Assembly (NCBI GenBank): GCA_004525055.1
Contig: SPDF01000001.1
Location: forward strand, 1-37,975
Direction: 5' to 3'
Source of the DNA: Gemmatimonadales bacterium
GTDB lineage: Bacteria; Gemmatimonadota; Gemmatimonadetes; Gemmatimonadales; GWC2-71-9
Length of the DNA: 37,975 nt
A program made the translations under genes and the position numbers. Below the pieces are notes generated by a model that saw only the letters and a list, made by a program, of their open reading frames with translations, did no database searches and was not told the DNA's origin. Positions 20,501 through 30,004 of this stretch are shown one piece after another (position 1 is the first letter of the stretch; each line of letters starts with the position of its first letter).

Positions 20501-20873
20501 TCTCGCCCCGCTGACCGGCTGCTATGCGCTCGACCAGATGGTCGGCACCGAAATCGCCGTCGGCAACCTCGAACTGCGCTTTCCACTGGTGAACTCCTTC
20601 CTGGGCATGGGACCGCAGGGCCTGCCGTATGTCGACGGCGTGGCCTGGGTCGACTACGGCGTGGCGTGGAACCAGTGGAACTCCGTGGCGTTCTCGAAGA
20701 ACCCCAACGACTCCTTCACGCAACAGGCCCTCACCCGGACCCCGGTCACCACCCTCGGCGTCGGGGCTCGCATCAACTTGTTCGGCTATATGCTCCTCCG
20801 CTTTGACTGGGCATTCCCCCAGGGGCGTGGGATCCCGCCGTACTGGACCATCACCATCGGGCCGCCATTCTGA
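17592..20873 (+). CDS. Secreted multidomain protein with an HExxH metallopeptidase-like domain, TolB/PD40 beta-propeller repeats and an Omp85/surface-antigen-like C-terminal beta-barrel
   Basis: ATG 17592 gives the signal peptide MTLRSLILLALFATVPTVASA|QY. HEMVH lies at 17994-18008 with WFAEGMAEY downstream (gluzincin / Peptidase_MA_2-like). Five SPDG/APDG PD40-type repeats span about 18474-19317. A Pro/Ser/Ala linker spans about 19329-19527. The last ~400 aa alternate hydrophobic and Gly/aromatic residues and end ...WTITIGPPF (terminal Phe, an OMP signature). Confidence 0.8.
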   Translation: MTLRSLILLALFATVPTVASAQYFGQNRVMYQKFDFEIIHTEHFDVYFYPVEREASFDAARMAERSYGRLSTLLNHRFIERKPIILYASPSEFQQTNALGGDIGEATGGVTDFMKHRAIMPFTGAYKDFDHVLMHEMVHQFQYDTWSRGKAGSGIATIIQVNPPLWFAEGMAEYLSLGQITPETAMWLRDAVLQGKLPTIQQLTYDPFIFPYRFGHSIWAYIGTRWGDEAVGAILSATLGGGGVDGAFRRVLGISLDQLSVQWRDWVQETYLPDVASKQLASAVGEPLLTKARSGGTLHLAPALSPDGKLIAYLSERNFFFIDFYLADGETGKVVKKLAKSVFDSNYETFRYISSISSWSPDGKYLVFAARSQGGDHIVIFDPIRRKAVRRIRVELSGLSSPVFSPDGTQLAFIGMEGGLSDLYVINADGTGLRQLTDDRYAQLMPAWSPDGHTIAYVTDEGPGTNFNDLSYGNFRIALFDADLGRRELIPHMEVGRNVSPQWAPDGKSFAFVSDRTGIANIYLYEIGGDIYQLTNLFTGAQSATPLSPALSWAREADRLAFVYFEDQNNDIYTIQNPRSLKRRPWRPAPETVAAAGQPDSVNAPSPTDSVVPRPDSGAGVAVSPAPDSGATPPAVPGVPQAREGGSIYRTPSGFRAAAVAPNLTDTAGRRVDEVTVIGLLDSASLFLVDTSSFTVGPYKRKFTAESAARPSVGYTRDNFGNGIYGGGAIQFGDMLGNEQLIFAGYINGSLNQGDFLAAYANLSGRLNWAIGFQQYPNYYVLQPVVVRDDPAPGLNTYVTRTRLLTTRQIFGRGFYNINRFQRLEMGLALGQIDDGIQNFYQTYDRETGVLAGTPYQETFYFKGQQIATPSIALVYDATFTGWIGPLFGTRYRAEISQTVGGWNVTQLLLDYRRYIPLKRGVVLAARALYAGQKGPDADRQRYFLGSTDLVRGRTSGSYYRYECTTTSGNLAPLTGCYALDQMVGTEIAVGNLELRFPLVNSFLGMGPQGLPYVDGVAWVDYGVAWNQWNSVAFSKNPNDSFTQQALTRTPVTTLGVGARINLFGYMLLRFDWAFPQGRGIPPYWTITIGPPF

Positions 20874-20939
20874 TTCTGGCCTGAAACAGGCCCGATATCC
20901 GGTCTGGCCCCTGCCCCGCCAAGCGCCTATTTTTGGCCT

Positions 20940-22340
20940 GTGCCGTCCCCCCATCTGAAAGGCCTGACCGCCCTCGCGGTTGGCCTCATGGCTTGCCAAG
21001 GATCTCCCGGCTCCGATGCCGGGGCGCTGCCCCCAGCCTCGCAGGCCGTCCCCTCTACCAGCCTCCTCCGCCTCCCCCGATCCGGCGGTAGTCCCCGAGT
21101 GTATGCCGGCTCTGCGCTGGAGGACATCGGATGGCGCGCACGGGGACGGACCCCCGCGGTTCAGATGGTGGTGGGGTTCGACCAGGAGCAGGCACTGGCC
21201 TACGCCGTGGACTCCACCGGCGGGCTCCAGGCTCTGGACCTGAGCACCGGCACCGCCCGGTTGCTGACCTCCGGTGTCGCCGGTGTCGTCCTCGGTCCCG
21301 AGGGCACCCTCTGGGTGGTGGACAAGAAGGACTCGGTCGTCCGGATCAGGAACCGCCTCGCCAAGAAGACCGATGCGACCCTGCCGGTACGGCCGACCGC
21401 GCTCTATGGCACCGGCGACCGTCAGCTCATTGCGATCGAAGGCGGCGACACCGCCCGGGCCATCCTGGTCACGGGCTCCGAATCCGGCATCTCCGCCGAC
21501 TTGCCCACCACCCACACCGCCGCTTCCCCATGGGGAGACCTCGTCGCGGCCGCGGCCCCGACCGGCGTGTACCTCTGGGCCCCACACGGGAGCACGCCGA
21601 TCCGACGTATCCGGGTGAGTGGCACGCCAACCTCGGTCCGATTCTCCGCGTCGGGCCACCGGATCTACGTGGGACGAGAGGCCGAGAATCTGGCCGTCAT
21701 CGATCGATACGCCGAGAAGCGTCTCGACGATATCCGCGTGCCAGGCGCTGCCGCGGGCCTCCGGGTCGCCCCCTACGGTGGATGGCTTCTCGCGCGACCG
21801 GATTCGGGAGAGTCGATCTGGCTGATCAATCTGGCCACCGGCGAGTATGTGGGCGCAGTGGCCGGCCCGTGGGCAGCCGACCTGCCAACGGTGCTCGGGG
21901 ACGCCACGCTGCTTGTCCGCGAAGGGGAGGACGTGGTGGCGCACGACCTCTCCCAGGAGGGATTCCCGGAAACCGGGCGCCTCAAGGGCCGGGCCGCCGA
22001 CCTGTACCTCCCGATGCCCTGGGTCCCGCGGGGCAACATGCCTGAGCGCATCGCACCCAGCCCCAACCCCACCCAGCAGGCTGAGGCCTCACCCGAGAGC
22101 CCCGGCGGGCAGGTAGAGCCGCCGTCGACCGTGTATCTGCAGGTGAGTCGCTCCCAGAATCCGGCGTGGGCCCAGGCACTCGCCGGTGAGATTCGGGACG
22201 AAGGGTTCCCTGCGCTCGTGATCACTCCCCAGACCGGCGAGGAAGCGTACCGCGTCGTCGTTGGTCCGTATCCCTCCCGTGAGGCCGCCGAATCGGCGGG
22301 CCGCCGGCTGGGGCGTCCCTCGTTCATCTATCACCCGTAG
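20940..22340 (+). CDS. Lipoprotein with a beta-propeller-like central region and a C-terminal SPOR (septal peptidoglycan-binding) domain
   Basis: GTG start. N-terminus LTALAVGLMAC (lipobox LMAC). Middle has repeated strands of the form 'GHRIYVGREAENLAVID'. C-terminal VYLQVSRSQNPAWAQALAGEIRDEGFPALVITPQTGEEAYRVVVGPYPSREAAESAGRRL is a typical SPOR domain. Confidence 0.75.
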   Translation: MPSPHLKGLTALAVGLMACQGSPGSDAGALPPASQAVPSTSLLRLPRSGGSPRVYAGSALEDIGWRARGRTPAVQMVVGFDQEQALAYAVDSTGGLQALDLSTGTARLLTSGVAGVVLGPEGTLWVVDKKDSVVRIRNRLAKKTDATLPVRPTALYGTGDRQLIAIEGGDTARAILVTGSESGISADLPTTHTAASPWGDLVAAAAPTGVYLWAPHGSTPIRRIRVSGTPTSVRFSASGHRIYVGREAENLAVIDRYAEKRLDDIRVPGAAAGLRVAPYGGWLLARPDSGESIWLINLATGEYVGAVAGPWAADLPTVLGDATLLVREGEDVVAHDLSQEGFPETGRLKGRAADLYLPMPWVPRGNMPERIAPSPNPTQQAEASPESPGGQVEPPSTVYLQVSRSQNPAWAQALAGEIRDEGFPALVITPQTGEEAYRVVVGPYPSREAAESAGRRLGRPSFIYHP

Positions 22341-22360
22341 CCGTCCCGGGAATCCACTCC

Positions 22361-25300
22361 ATGAAGCTCTCCAAGCTCGAACTGTCCGGCTTCAAGTCGT
22401 TTGCGGACACCGTCACCCTCACTTTTGAGGAAGGGGTCACGGCCATCGTCGGCCCAAACGGCTGCGGGAAGTCGAACGTCAGCGATGCGGTGCGGTGGGT
22501 ACTCGGCGAGCAGTCGGCCCGACTCCTGCGCGGCGGCAAGATGGAAGACGTGATTTTCCAGGGTGCCGCCGGCCGCCGGCCGGTCAACGTGACCGAGGTC
22601 TCGCTCTACCTCGACAATTCCGACGGCACCCTTCCGATCGCCTACCAGGAAGTGCAGATCACCCGGCGGCTCTCCCGCTCCGGCCACAGTGAGTATCTCC
22701 TCAACCGCGCGACCGTCCGCCTGCGCGACATCCAGGACCTGCTCCGGGGCACCGGCCTCGGCGGTGACGCCGGCGTCGTCATCGAAGCGAAGATGATTGA
22801 CCTGCTTCTCTCCGATCGCGCGGACGAGCGGCGCTCCCTCTTCGAGGAGGCGGCCGGCATTGGCCTGTACCGCGATCGGAAGCACAGCACCGAGCGTCGA
22901 ATCGAGGAGACCGCCCTCGACCTGCAGCGCGTCGAGGATCTCGTGGCGGAAGTTCAGTCGCAGCTTCGCAGCCTGGCCCGGCAACGGGGCCGTGCGGAAC
23001 GACACACCAAATTGATGGAAGAGAAATTCGCCGTGCAGTTGACCCTGGCGCGGGCCCAGCTCGATCGGCTGACCGCCGAGGTCCGCGACAAGGAGGCCCG
23101 GTACGCTGATCTGGCCGGTGCCCTGCCCGACCGCCGCACCGCCCTCGCGGCCATCGAGGTGGACCGTGAAGAAGCGGCCCGACGTCGCGCCGCGGCCGAA
23201 GCCGCGCGGACCGACATCGCGCGCCGGCTCGGCGAGAGTCGCGTCACCCTCGGCCGTCTCGAGGGCGACCTCAATCTCGCCTCCGAGCGGATCGCCAACG
23301 CCGGCCATCGCCGGGTGCGCGCACTGGAAGAACGCAGCCTCATGGAACAACGCGCCCAACAGGCGCTCCGGGAGCGCGATATCGCGGCGCAGGAACGGGA
23401 CACTGCCCAGGCGGACTACGACCGTATCCAGGCCGAATTACAGGGTCGAGCCAGTGTGGAAGATGCGGTGAAGACGCGGCTGGCAGAGCAGCGGACACAA
23501 GTACGCCAGGTGGAAGAGACACTCCAGCGCCAGGCGCAAACCCTCCGTTCGCTCGAAGGTGAGCGCGCCGCGCTGGAAACGGACTTGGCCTCGCTCCGCG
23601 ACCGTGCGGTACAGGCAGGCACGCTCCGGGACGGTCTGGGCCAGGAACTCGATGCCACCACGCAGCGGAGGGACGCTCTGGCCGCCGAGGCTGAGCGTCT
23701 CCTCGGCGCGCACCGCACCGCCGCGGCAGATGCAGAACGGGCCCGACATCTCCTCGCCGAGACTCGCGAACACGAGGCCCTCGCACGCGCCGATCGCCGC
23801 CGGGCCGAGGAGGCGGTTGCCCAGCTCTCCGCCCGTCATGAGGCGCTTGGGGAACTGGAGCGGGACCGGGTCGGCCTGGCGCCCGGCGCCGCCGCCCTGC
23901 TCGCGGCGCGCGACCGCTTCGATGGTGGGGTCCTCGGCCCGCTCAGCGATTTCCTGCGCACCAGCGCGCACGATGCCGACATCGCCGAGAAGCTCCTCGG
24001 AGAATGGGTGCATGCCGTCCTGGTGCGGGATGACGCCACGATCGGCGCCATCCAGCAGTGGCACGCCGAGTCCGATGTCGGCGCCATCGTACTGCTCTCC
24101 GCCGAGCGGGGCCCGGCCCGGGAGGGGGGCAGCCATCCACTGGAGCAGACGCTGCGGGTCGAAGATCCTGCCGCCGCACGATGGGTACGGGCCCTGCTGG
24201 GTGGCTCGGAAGTGCTTGACGCCGGAGGACGCGCCCTCAGGCGCAGCAATGGCGCCGTGCTCCTCGCCGGCGGTGGTGCCCCCTCCGGTCCACTGCGCCG
24301 GCGCGCAGAACTTGAGGCCCTTACCGGCGACCTGCAGGCGGCGCGTACGACCCTCATGGCAGCCGAAACCGCGGTCGCCACGACCGTCACGCGGCTCGCC
24401 GAACTCGAGGCGGCGCTCGCCTTGGCCACCGAGACTGCCGAGCGCGCACGGGAGGCAGAACGCGTCGGGGGTTCGGCTCGCGATGACGCCGAACGGTCTC
24501 TCGCGACCCGTACCCGGGAACTGCAGGAGGCCGAGGCCCAGGTGGTCCGGATCACCGAGCGTCTCTCGGCCTCGGAGTCTCGCCTCGGCGAAGTCGATGC
24601 CGCGCTCACCGAAGGCGAGCTGTCCAAGGTGCGCCTCGACGAGGCGCTCAGCGTGGGCCGCGAGCAACTCGCGGGTTTGGAGACCGAACAGGAAACGGCC
24701 CGCGAGGCACGCGTCCACTGGCAGGTGCAGCTAGCTCACGTAGAGGCCCGTCTCCTCGGCGCCGGTGAGCGGCTCGCCCGTGCGGAACAGGTCGGGCAGG
24801 AAGCGGCGGGGTCGGCCGCCACGCTGGCGGGCGAACTCACCCAGCTCGAAGGCGATGCCGCCACGCTGGCAGCCGAGCAGGTTGCCTGGCAGGAAGAGCG
24901 CGCCGAGCGGCACGTGACGCTGCTGGAGCTGGAGGCCGCAGCGGCAGAGGCTGAGGAGGCGCTGTCGGTGGCGGCAGACATCCTCGGCACAGCGGAGCGC
25001 AGGCTCCACGAGGATCGCGAGCGCCTCGAACACTCCACCGAGGAGCACCACCGCCTGCAGCTCGAACTCTCCGAGGCGGCGGCCGAGCGCCGGCGCATCA
25101 TCGAGCGGGTGGAGACGGAGTGGAAGCGCCCCCTCGACCAGCTCTTTGAGAGCGCCCCCTTCCTCGACCTGGACCTCGACACACTGGCGTCGGAGTCCGC
25201 GCGCATCGTCGCCGCCCTCGAGAGCATCGGGATGGTGAACCCGCTCGCGGTCGAGGAGCACGCAGAAGAGAGCAAGCGACTCGAGTTCCTGTCGGCCCAG

Positions 25301-25831
25301 CGAGACGACCTCGTGGCCGCCCGGCAGTCGCTGCAGCAGGCTATCCGCGAAATCGACGGTACAGCGCAGGCAATGTTCCTGGAGACGTTCACGGCGGTGC
25401 GGGCCAATTTCCTGACGGTGTTCCAGACGCTGTTCGGTGGCGGCGAGTGCGACCTCCGGCTCTCCCTCGCGGACGATCCGCTCGAGAGCGAAATCGAGAT
25501 TCACGCCGCGCCGCGCGGCAAGCGGACCCAGCGTATCCACCTCCTCTCAAGCGGGGAGCGGACGCTCGTAGCCGTCTCGCTGCTCTTCAGCATCTACCTG
25601 ACGAAGCCGAGCCCCTTCTGCCTGATGGACGAAGTGGACGCGCCGCTCGACGACTCCAACGTGGGGCGGTTCACCAAGCTGCTGGACGAGTTCAAGCACA
25701 GCAGCCAGTTCCTGGTCATCACGCACAACCCGCGAACGATGCAGGCGGCCGACGCGGTCTACGGCGTAACCATGCAGGAGCCGGGCGTCTCGACCATCGT
25801 GGGCGTCCGCCTCGGCGAGCCGGTGCTCTGA
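22361..25831 (+). CDS. smc: Chromosome segregation protein SMC
   Basis: 1156 aa. [16 protein letters not shown]...[25 protein letters not shown] (Walker A), long Ala/Glu/Arg coiled coils, a central hinge, and C-terminal [19 protein letters not shown]...[12 protein letters not shown] (signature and Walker B). Confidence 0.95.
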   Translation: MKLSKLELSGFKSFADTVTLTFEEGVTAIVGPNGCGKSNVSDAVRWVLGEQSARLLRGGKMEDVIFQGAAGRRPVNVTEVSLYLDNSDGTLPIAYQEVQITRRLSRSGHSEYLLNRATVRLRDIQDLLRGTGLGGDAGVVIEAKMIDLLLSDRADERRSLFEEAAGIGLYRDRKHSTERRIEETALDLQRVEDLVAEVQSQLRSLARQRGRAERHTKLMEEKFAVQLTLARAQLDRLTAEVRDKEARYADLAGALPDRRTALAAIEVDREEAARRRAAAEAARTDIARRLGESRVTLGRLEGDLNLASERIANAGHRRVRALEERSLMEQRAQQALRERDIAAQERDTAQADYDRIQAELQGRASVEDAVKTRLAEQRTQVRQVEETLQRQAQTLRSLEGERAALETDLASLRDRAVQAGTLRDGLGQELDATTQRRDALAAEAERLLGAHRTAAADAERARHLLAETREHEALARADRRRAEEAVAQLSARHEALGELERDRVGLAPGAAALLAARDRFDGGVLGPLSDFLRTSAHDADIAEKLLGEWVHAVLVRDDATIGAIQQWHAESDVGAIVLLSAERGPAREGGSHPLEQTLRVEDPAAARWVRALLGGSEVLDAGGRALRRSNGAVLLAGGGAPSGPLRRRAELEALTGDLQAARTTLMAAETAVATTVTRLAELEAALALATETAERAREAERVGGSARDDAERSLATRTRELQEAEAQVVRITERLSASESRLGEVDAALTEGELSKVRLDEALSVGREQLAGLETEQETAREARVHWQVQLAHVEARLLGAGERLARAEQVGQEAAGSAATLAGELTQLEGDAATLAAEQVAWQEERAERHVTLLELEAAAAEAEEALSVAADILGTAERRLHEDRERLEHSTEEHHRLQLELSEAAAERRRIIERVETEWKRPLDQLFESAPFLDLDLDTLASESARIVAALESIGMVNPLAVEEHAEESKRLEFLSAQRDDLVAARQSLQQAIREIDGTAQAMFLETFTAVRANFLTVFQTLFGGGECDLRLSLADDPLESEIEIHAAPRGKRTQRIHLLSSGERTLVAVSLLFSIYLTKPSPFCLMDEVDAPLDDSNVGRFTKLLDEFKHSSQFLVITHNPRTMQAADAVYGVTMQEPGVSTIVGVRLGEPVL

Positions 25832-26871
25832 TGCTAGTGGTCATGCGCCACGACGCCCGGGAGGAGGACGTCCGGGCCGTCGTCGAGGCGATTCAAGCCA
25901 TGGGGTACGAGGCCCGTCCGATGCCAGGCCGGCAACGGACGACCGTGGGCCTGGTGGGCAATGAGGGCCGGGTGGATGGCACCAGGCTGACGTCACTCGA
26001 TGGCGTGCAGGAGCTCATCCATGTCACCCAGCCGTACAAGCTGGTCTCCCGTGAGTGGAAGCAGGAATCGACCGTTGTTCGGCTCCCCGGTGGCCTCACC
26101 ATCGGCGGCGACGAGGTGCAGGTCATCGCCGGACCCTGCTCTGTCGAGGGCGAGACGCAACTGCTGGCGGCGGCCCGCGCAGTAAAGGAGGCCGGCGCTA
26201 CGCTCCTCCGCGCCGGAGCGTTCAAGCCACGGAGTTCTCCGTACTCGTTCCAGGGGTTGGGCCCCAAAGGGCTGAAGCTGCTGGCGCTCGCACGGCAGGA
26301 AACCGGGCTGCTGATCGTGACCGAGGCAGTGGATCCGGAGGGCGTCGACCTGGTGGCCGAAGCGGCCGACATCATCCAGATCGGCGCCCGCAACATGCAG
26401 AACTATTCCCTGCTCCGTCGAGCGGGGCGGGCCGGGAAGCCGGTCCTGCTGAAGCGCGGGATCGCCGCGACCATCCAGGAGCTCCTCCTGGCCGCCGAGT
26501 ACCTGCTCGCGGAAGGAAATGCCGACGTCATCCTTTGCGAGCGAGGCATCCGGAGCTACGACACCCAGACCCGCAATCTCCTCGATCTGAGTGCCATCCC
26601 GACGGTGCACGCCCTCTCCCACCTCCCCATCATCGCCGATCCCAGCCACGGGACTGGGCGAAGAGACATGGTCCCCTCGATGGCCCGCGCCGCGGTGGCG
26701 GCCGGCGCCGATGGTCTTCTCGTGGAGGTCCACCCGAACCCGGAGCAGGCGCTCTCCGATGGCGGCCAGAGTCTCCGCCCCGAACAGTTCGATCGCATGA
26801 TGGGCGAACTCCGGCTCATCGCCGAGGCGATCGGGCGGCGGATCGCCGAGCCGGTGGTCGCCCGGACATGA
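25831..26871 (+). CDS. aroF: 3-deoxy-7-phosphoheptulonate (DAHP) synthase, type I-beta, with N-terminal ferredoxin-like regulatory domain
   Basis: ATG 25831 (TGATG overlap with smc) gives [27 protein letters not shown]... (ACT/FL-like regulatory domain), then [41 protein letters not shown] and VEVHPNP. Confidence 0.9.
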   Translation: MLVVMRHDAREEDVRAVVEAIQAMGYEARPMPGRQRTTVGLVGNEGRVDGTRLTSLDGVQELIHVTQPYKLVSREWKQESTVVRLPGGLTIGGDEVQVIAGPCSVEGETQLLAAARAVKEAGATLLRAGAFKPRSSPYSFQGLGPKGLKLLALARQETGLLIVTEAVDPEGVDLVAEAADIIQIGARNMQNYSLLRRAGRAGKPVLLKRGIAATIQELLLAAEYLLAEGNADVILCERGIRSYDTQTRNLLDLSAIPTVHALSHLPIIADPSHGTGRRDMVPSMARAAVAAGADGLLVEVHPNPEQALSDGGQSLRPEQFDRMMGELRLIAEAIGRRIAEPVVART

Positions 26872-27518
26872 GCCTCACCCGTGCCGTCCTGCTCGGGCTG
26901 GTCGTCACCGTGGCCGCGCCGCTGCAGGCCCAGAGCGCCGATTCCATCATCCGCCGCACCTCGACCATCTATCGGCAGCTGCATTCATTGACCGCCGACT
27001 TCGATCAGGTGATCAGCAACGAGATGATCGGGACTTTCAAGAGCCGGGGCGCCCTCGCACAGTCTGGGCCCTCGCGCCTCTCGATGCGATTCACCGATCC
27101 CGGCGGGGAGGCGATCGTGATCGACGGCACATCCATCTGGATCTACACGCCGAGCACCACGCCGGGACAGGTGCTCCGGGCGCCGCTCGTGCGTGCGGCT
27201 GGCTATGGGGTGAACCTGCTGGGATGGCTGCTCGATCGGCCGACGGAGCGCTACACGGTCAGCTACCTGCGCGCCGACACGGTCGCCGGGACCGCCGTTG
27301 ATGTCCTCCGGTTGGCCCCTGCGGTGGACGGACTGCCCTTCACCTCGGCCACGCTGTGGCTCGCCAGGAGCGACGGGCTGCCTCGCCGCCTCGAGGTCTC
27401 CGAGCCATCGGGGAACCGCCGCACCCTGACCCTCTCGAAGTTGCGCACCAACCTGACCCTGCCGGCGGACACGTTCACATTCACGCCGCCAACGGGCGTC
27501 AAGGTCATCGACCAGTAG
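26868..27518 (+). CDS. LolA-like outer-membrane lipoprotein carrier family protein
   Basis: ATG 26868 (ATGA overlap with aroF). Signal peptide [23 protein letters not shown]. Then ...[14 protein letters not shown]...[19 protein letters not shown]...[13 protein letters not shown], typical of the LolA/LolA-like fold family. Confidence 0.7.
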   Translation: MSLTRAVLLGLVVTVAAPLQAQSADSIIRRTSTIYRQLHSLTADFDQVISNEMIGTFKSRGALAQSGPSRLSMRFTDPGGEAIVIDGTSIWIYTPSTTPGQVLRAPLVRAAGYGVNLLGWLLDRPTERYTVSYLRADTVAGTAVDVLRLAPAVDGLPFTSATLWLARSDGLPRRLEVSEPSGNRRTLTLSKLRTNLTLPADTFTFTPPTGVKVIDQ

Positions 27519-28359
27519 CCGCCCGCAGCACCGATTCCACCTCCGCCGCCAGCCCCTCCTCGAGCCCCGCGCGACGCGACAGCGCCAGCGCCTCCAACCC
27601 GACCACCGCATAAAGGGCCCGATCCGCCGACGAGAGCGCGGCGAGATGGGCCGCGACCGTCGCCGTATCGCCGCGGCGAATGGCGCCGGTCAAGGCATCC
27701 GCGGGTGCGAGACGGTCGAGGTTCAGGGCGGCGCCGTGCTGGAGCGGCAGGTAGATCTTCGCGGCCACATCCGTCGGCACACCTGCTTCCTCCGCGAGGC
27801 GGACCGCCATACCGGTGAGTACGACGGTGTAGTTCGCCACGAGGGTAGCGCCGGCGTGATAGGCAGGCTTGGCACCGGGCGGAATGCGCACCGGGGTCAT
27901 GCCGAGGAGGCTCGCCAGCGCTTCGCCGGCCGCGAGCGCCCGACCATCTCCCTCGATGCCCGCGTAGGCCCCTCGTAACCGTTCCGGCGCTGCCGCAGGA
28001 TCGGAGACGGTCTGCAGGGGGTGGAATGAGCCAAGGCCGGCGGAGGTACCGTCCAGGGCCCGCAACGCGTCCCGGTCGAGCAACCCCGAGAGGTGAAGGA
28101 CGGCCTGCCGGGCACTGACGACCTGCTCGGTGGCGAGCCGCTCCGCGATGGCGGGGACCACTCCGTCCGGTGTCGCGATGAGGAGCACGTCGGCCTCGCG
28201 GCAGCCACCAGCCCAATCGTCGACTTGCACGACGAGCGGAGCCGGCACCGGCCTGACCCGGCGGCCCAGCAGCGTCACCTTCGCCCCGGCACGCGAAAGG
28301 GCCAAGGCTAAGCCCTGGCCCATCCGGCCGGCGCCGATGACGGCGACGCGGAGCGGCAT
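27505..28359 (-). CDS. Rossmann-fold NAD(P)-binding protein, probably the DUF2520 / F420-dependent-NADP-oxidoreductase-like family
   Basis: 284 aa. MPLRVAVIGAGRMGQGLALAL (GxGxxG), HPLQT, YHAGATLVANY and LTGAIRRGD. Family recalled from memory. The 3' end overlaps the convergent LolA-like gene by 14 nt. Confidence 0.6.
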   Translation of the reverse strand: MPLRVAVIGAGRMGQGLALALSRAGAKVTLLGRRVRPVPAPLVVQVDDWAGGCREADVLLIATPDGVVPAIAERLATEQVVSARQAVLHLSGLLDRDALRALDGTSAGLGSFHPLQTVSDPAAAPERLRGAYAGIEGDGRALAAGEALASLLGMTPVRIPPGAKPAYHAGATLVANYTVVLTGMAVRLAEEAGVPTDVAAKIYLPLQHGAALNLDRLAPADALTGAIRRGDTATVAAHLAALSSADRALYAVVGLEALALSRRAGLEEGLAAEVESVLRAATGR

Positions 28360-28363
28360 CTCG

Positions 28364-30004
28364 TTACTTCCCGGCGGGTACCGGGGCCCCAGGTGCGAGC
28401 GACAACAGCGCCTTCGGCGTCGACGCCTTGGTCAGCAAGCCGAGTGCGGTCTGCACCTGCGGGTCGTCGGCCGCACGCCGGCGGAACTCTGCGGACCGCC
28501 CAAATATGTAGCGCGCGATCACATATCCAAGCTGTGAATCGATCCACCGCGACGCGCCGTCGAAGGTGCCCTGGTTTACATCAACGCCCTTGGCGCGGAG
28601 CCGGGTGTAGACCTCCCCACGCATGGCCGGCGTGACGGCAAAATTCGGCGACTTCAACGTTCCCGCATTCTTCAGCTCAAGCGCATAGGTCGTCATCACG
28701 TCGAAATAGGCGGGAATCTTCGCCCCGAGCGCATCGCGGAATTCGCGTTCGGCGGTCGTGAAGGTGTCCTGCTGGACCACGATGTCGGGAACGATGCCGC
28801 CGCCGCCGAGCACGATCCGGCCGTCGTCGGTCATGAACTCGGGGAGTTTGAGCGAGTCACCCTGCGCCTCGAGGACCGAATCGGGCACGACCCCACCATT
28901 CCGGGCCGCCAGCATGGCCTGGATCATCTGGTCCCGTTCGTCGGCGGCAGTGCGCTGAATGGTGCGGCCGCTGGGCGTGTACCACCGCGCGGTGGTGAGC
29001 TTGAGAGCGGTGTTCTGGTCGATGCGGAACACCGACTGGACCAGCCCCTTGCCAAAGGTCGGCAAGCCGACCACGAGCGCCCGGTCGTGATCCTGGAGTG
29101 CGCCGGCGATAATCTCGGCCGCGCTGGCCGAGTACATGTCTACCAGGACGACGATCGGCATGTCAGGCCACGCCTGGGGCTTCGTATCCGAGTAGGTCTC
29201 CGAGGAGCCGGCCGCGCGGCCGCGCGTCGAGACGACTTCCTGGCCCGGGTTGAGAAAGAGATCCGAGACGTCCACGCCCTCGTCCAGGAGGCCGCCCGGG
29301 TTTCCGCGCAGATCGAGAATCAGCGACGAGGCCCCTTGCCTGCGGAGACTGTCGATCGCCTCGCGTAATTCGCTCGTCGAGGCCTGGCTCACAACCGATA
29401 GGGCGATGTAGCCAATACTGTTCGAGAAAAGCGTCGGGGAGATAACCGATCGATTGTGGATCCTTGCCCGGGTGAGCTTGAATTCGATCGGCGCATCCAC
29501 GGCGGCACGCCGAATCGTCAGGGCCACGTCAGTCCCGGCCTCTCCCCGCAAGGTGGACACCGCCTTCTCAGACGAGTAGTCCTGCGTGGTGGTGCCGTTG
29601 ATGGCTGTGATCTGGTCGCCAGTCTGGATACCGGCCCGCTCCGCCGGCGTATCCGGCAACGGGGCCACGACGGTAATCCACCCGGCGCGAACCTCGATCT
29701 GGATGCCGAGCCCACCGTAGTTGCCGGTCGTGGACTCGGTGAGCGCCTTGTAGTTGTCCCCTTGGAGGAGGTCCGTGTACGGGTCGTGCAGCTCCTCGAG
29801 CATGCCGACGGTGGCCTTCTGGTAGAGGGCCGCCTCGCCGATGCTGTCCACGTAGTAGGTCTGCACGCGGGCGAGCACGTCGTCGAACAGGCGCGCACTC
29901 TGGTAGACGCCGCCGTCGTTCGTCACACCGCGCTGCAGCAGCCATCCCCCCGAGAAGAAGGAGATGCACGCCACCGCCAGGATCACTCCCCACCGTTGCT
30001 TCAT
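28364..30004 (-). CDS. S41 family carboxy-terminal processing peptidase with PDZ domain
   Basis: 546 aa with an N-terminal TM/signal anchor. PDZ motif GIQTGDQITAINGTTT. Catalytic region LDLRGNPGG...VVLVDMYSASAAEIIAGALQDHDRALVVGLPTFGKGLVQ. Extended C-terminal domain. Confidence 0.9.
   Translation of the reverse strand: MKQRWGVILAVACISFFSGGWLLQRGVTNDGGVYQSARLFDDVLARVQTYYVDSIGEAALYQKATVGMLEELHDPYTDLLQGDNYKALTESTTGNYGGLGIQIEVRAGWITVVAPLPDTPAERAGIQTGDQITAINGTTTQDYSSEKAVSTLRGEAGTDVALTIRRAAVDAPIEFKLTRARIHNRSVISPTLFSNSIGYIALSVVSQASTSELREAIDSLRRQGASSLILDLRGNPGGLLDEGVDVSDLFLNPGQEVVSTRGRAAGSSETYSDTKPQAWPDMPIVVLVDMYSASAAEIIAGALQDHDRALVVGLPTFGKGLVQSVFRIDQNTALKLTTARWYTPSGRTIQRTAADERDQMIQAMLAARNGGVVPDSVLEAQGDSLKLPEFMTDDGRIVLGGGGIVPDIVVQQDTFTTAEREFRDALGAKIPAYFDVMTTYALELKNAGTLKSPNFAVTPAMRGEVYTRLRAKGVDVNQGTFDGASRWIDSQLGYVIARYIFGRSAEFRRRAADDPQVQTALGLLTKASTPKALLSLAPGAPVPAGK

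Noticed and set aside
20457-21944. 495-aa ORF antisense to the end of the barrel protein and the SPOR lipoprotein
   Set aside because: It spans an intergenic region and two well-supported sense genes. The sequence is low-complexity and Gly/Arg/Pro-rich with no recognisable domain.
23438-24718. 426-aa and other long ORFs (22331-23359, 23836-24627, 24731-25540) antisense or out of frame within smc
   Set aside because: The SMC coiled-coil region is Ala/Glu/Arg/Leu-rich and stays open in several frames. None of these translations shows any motif.
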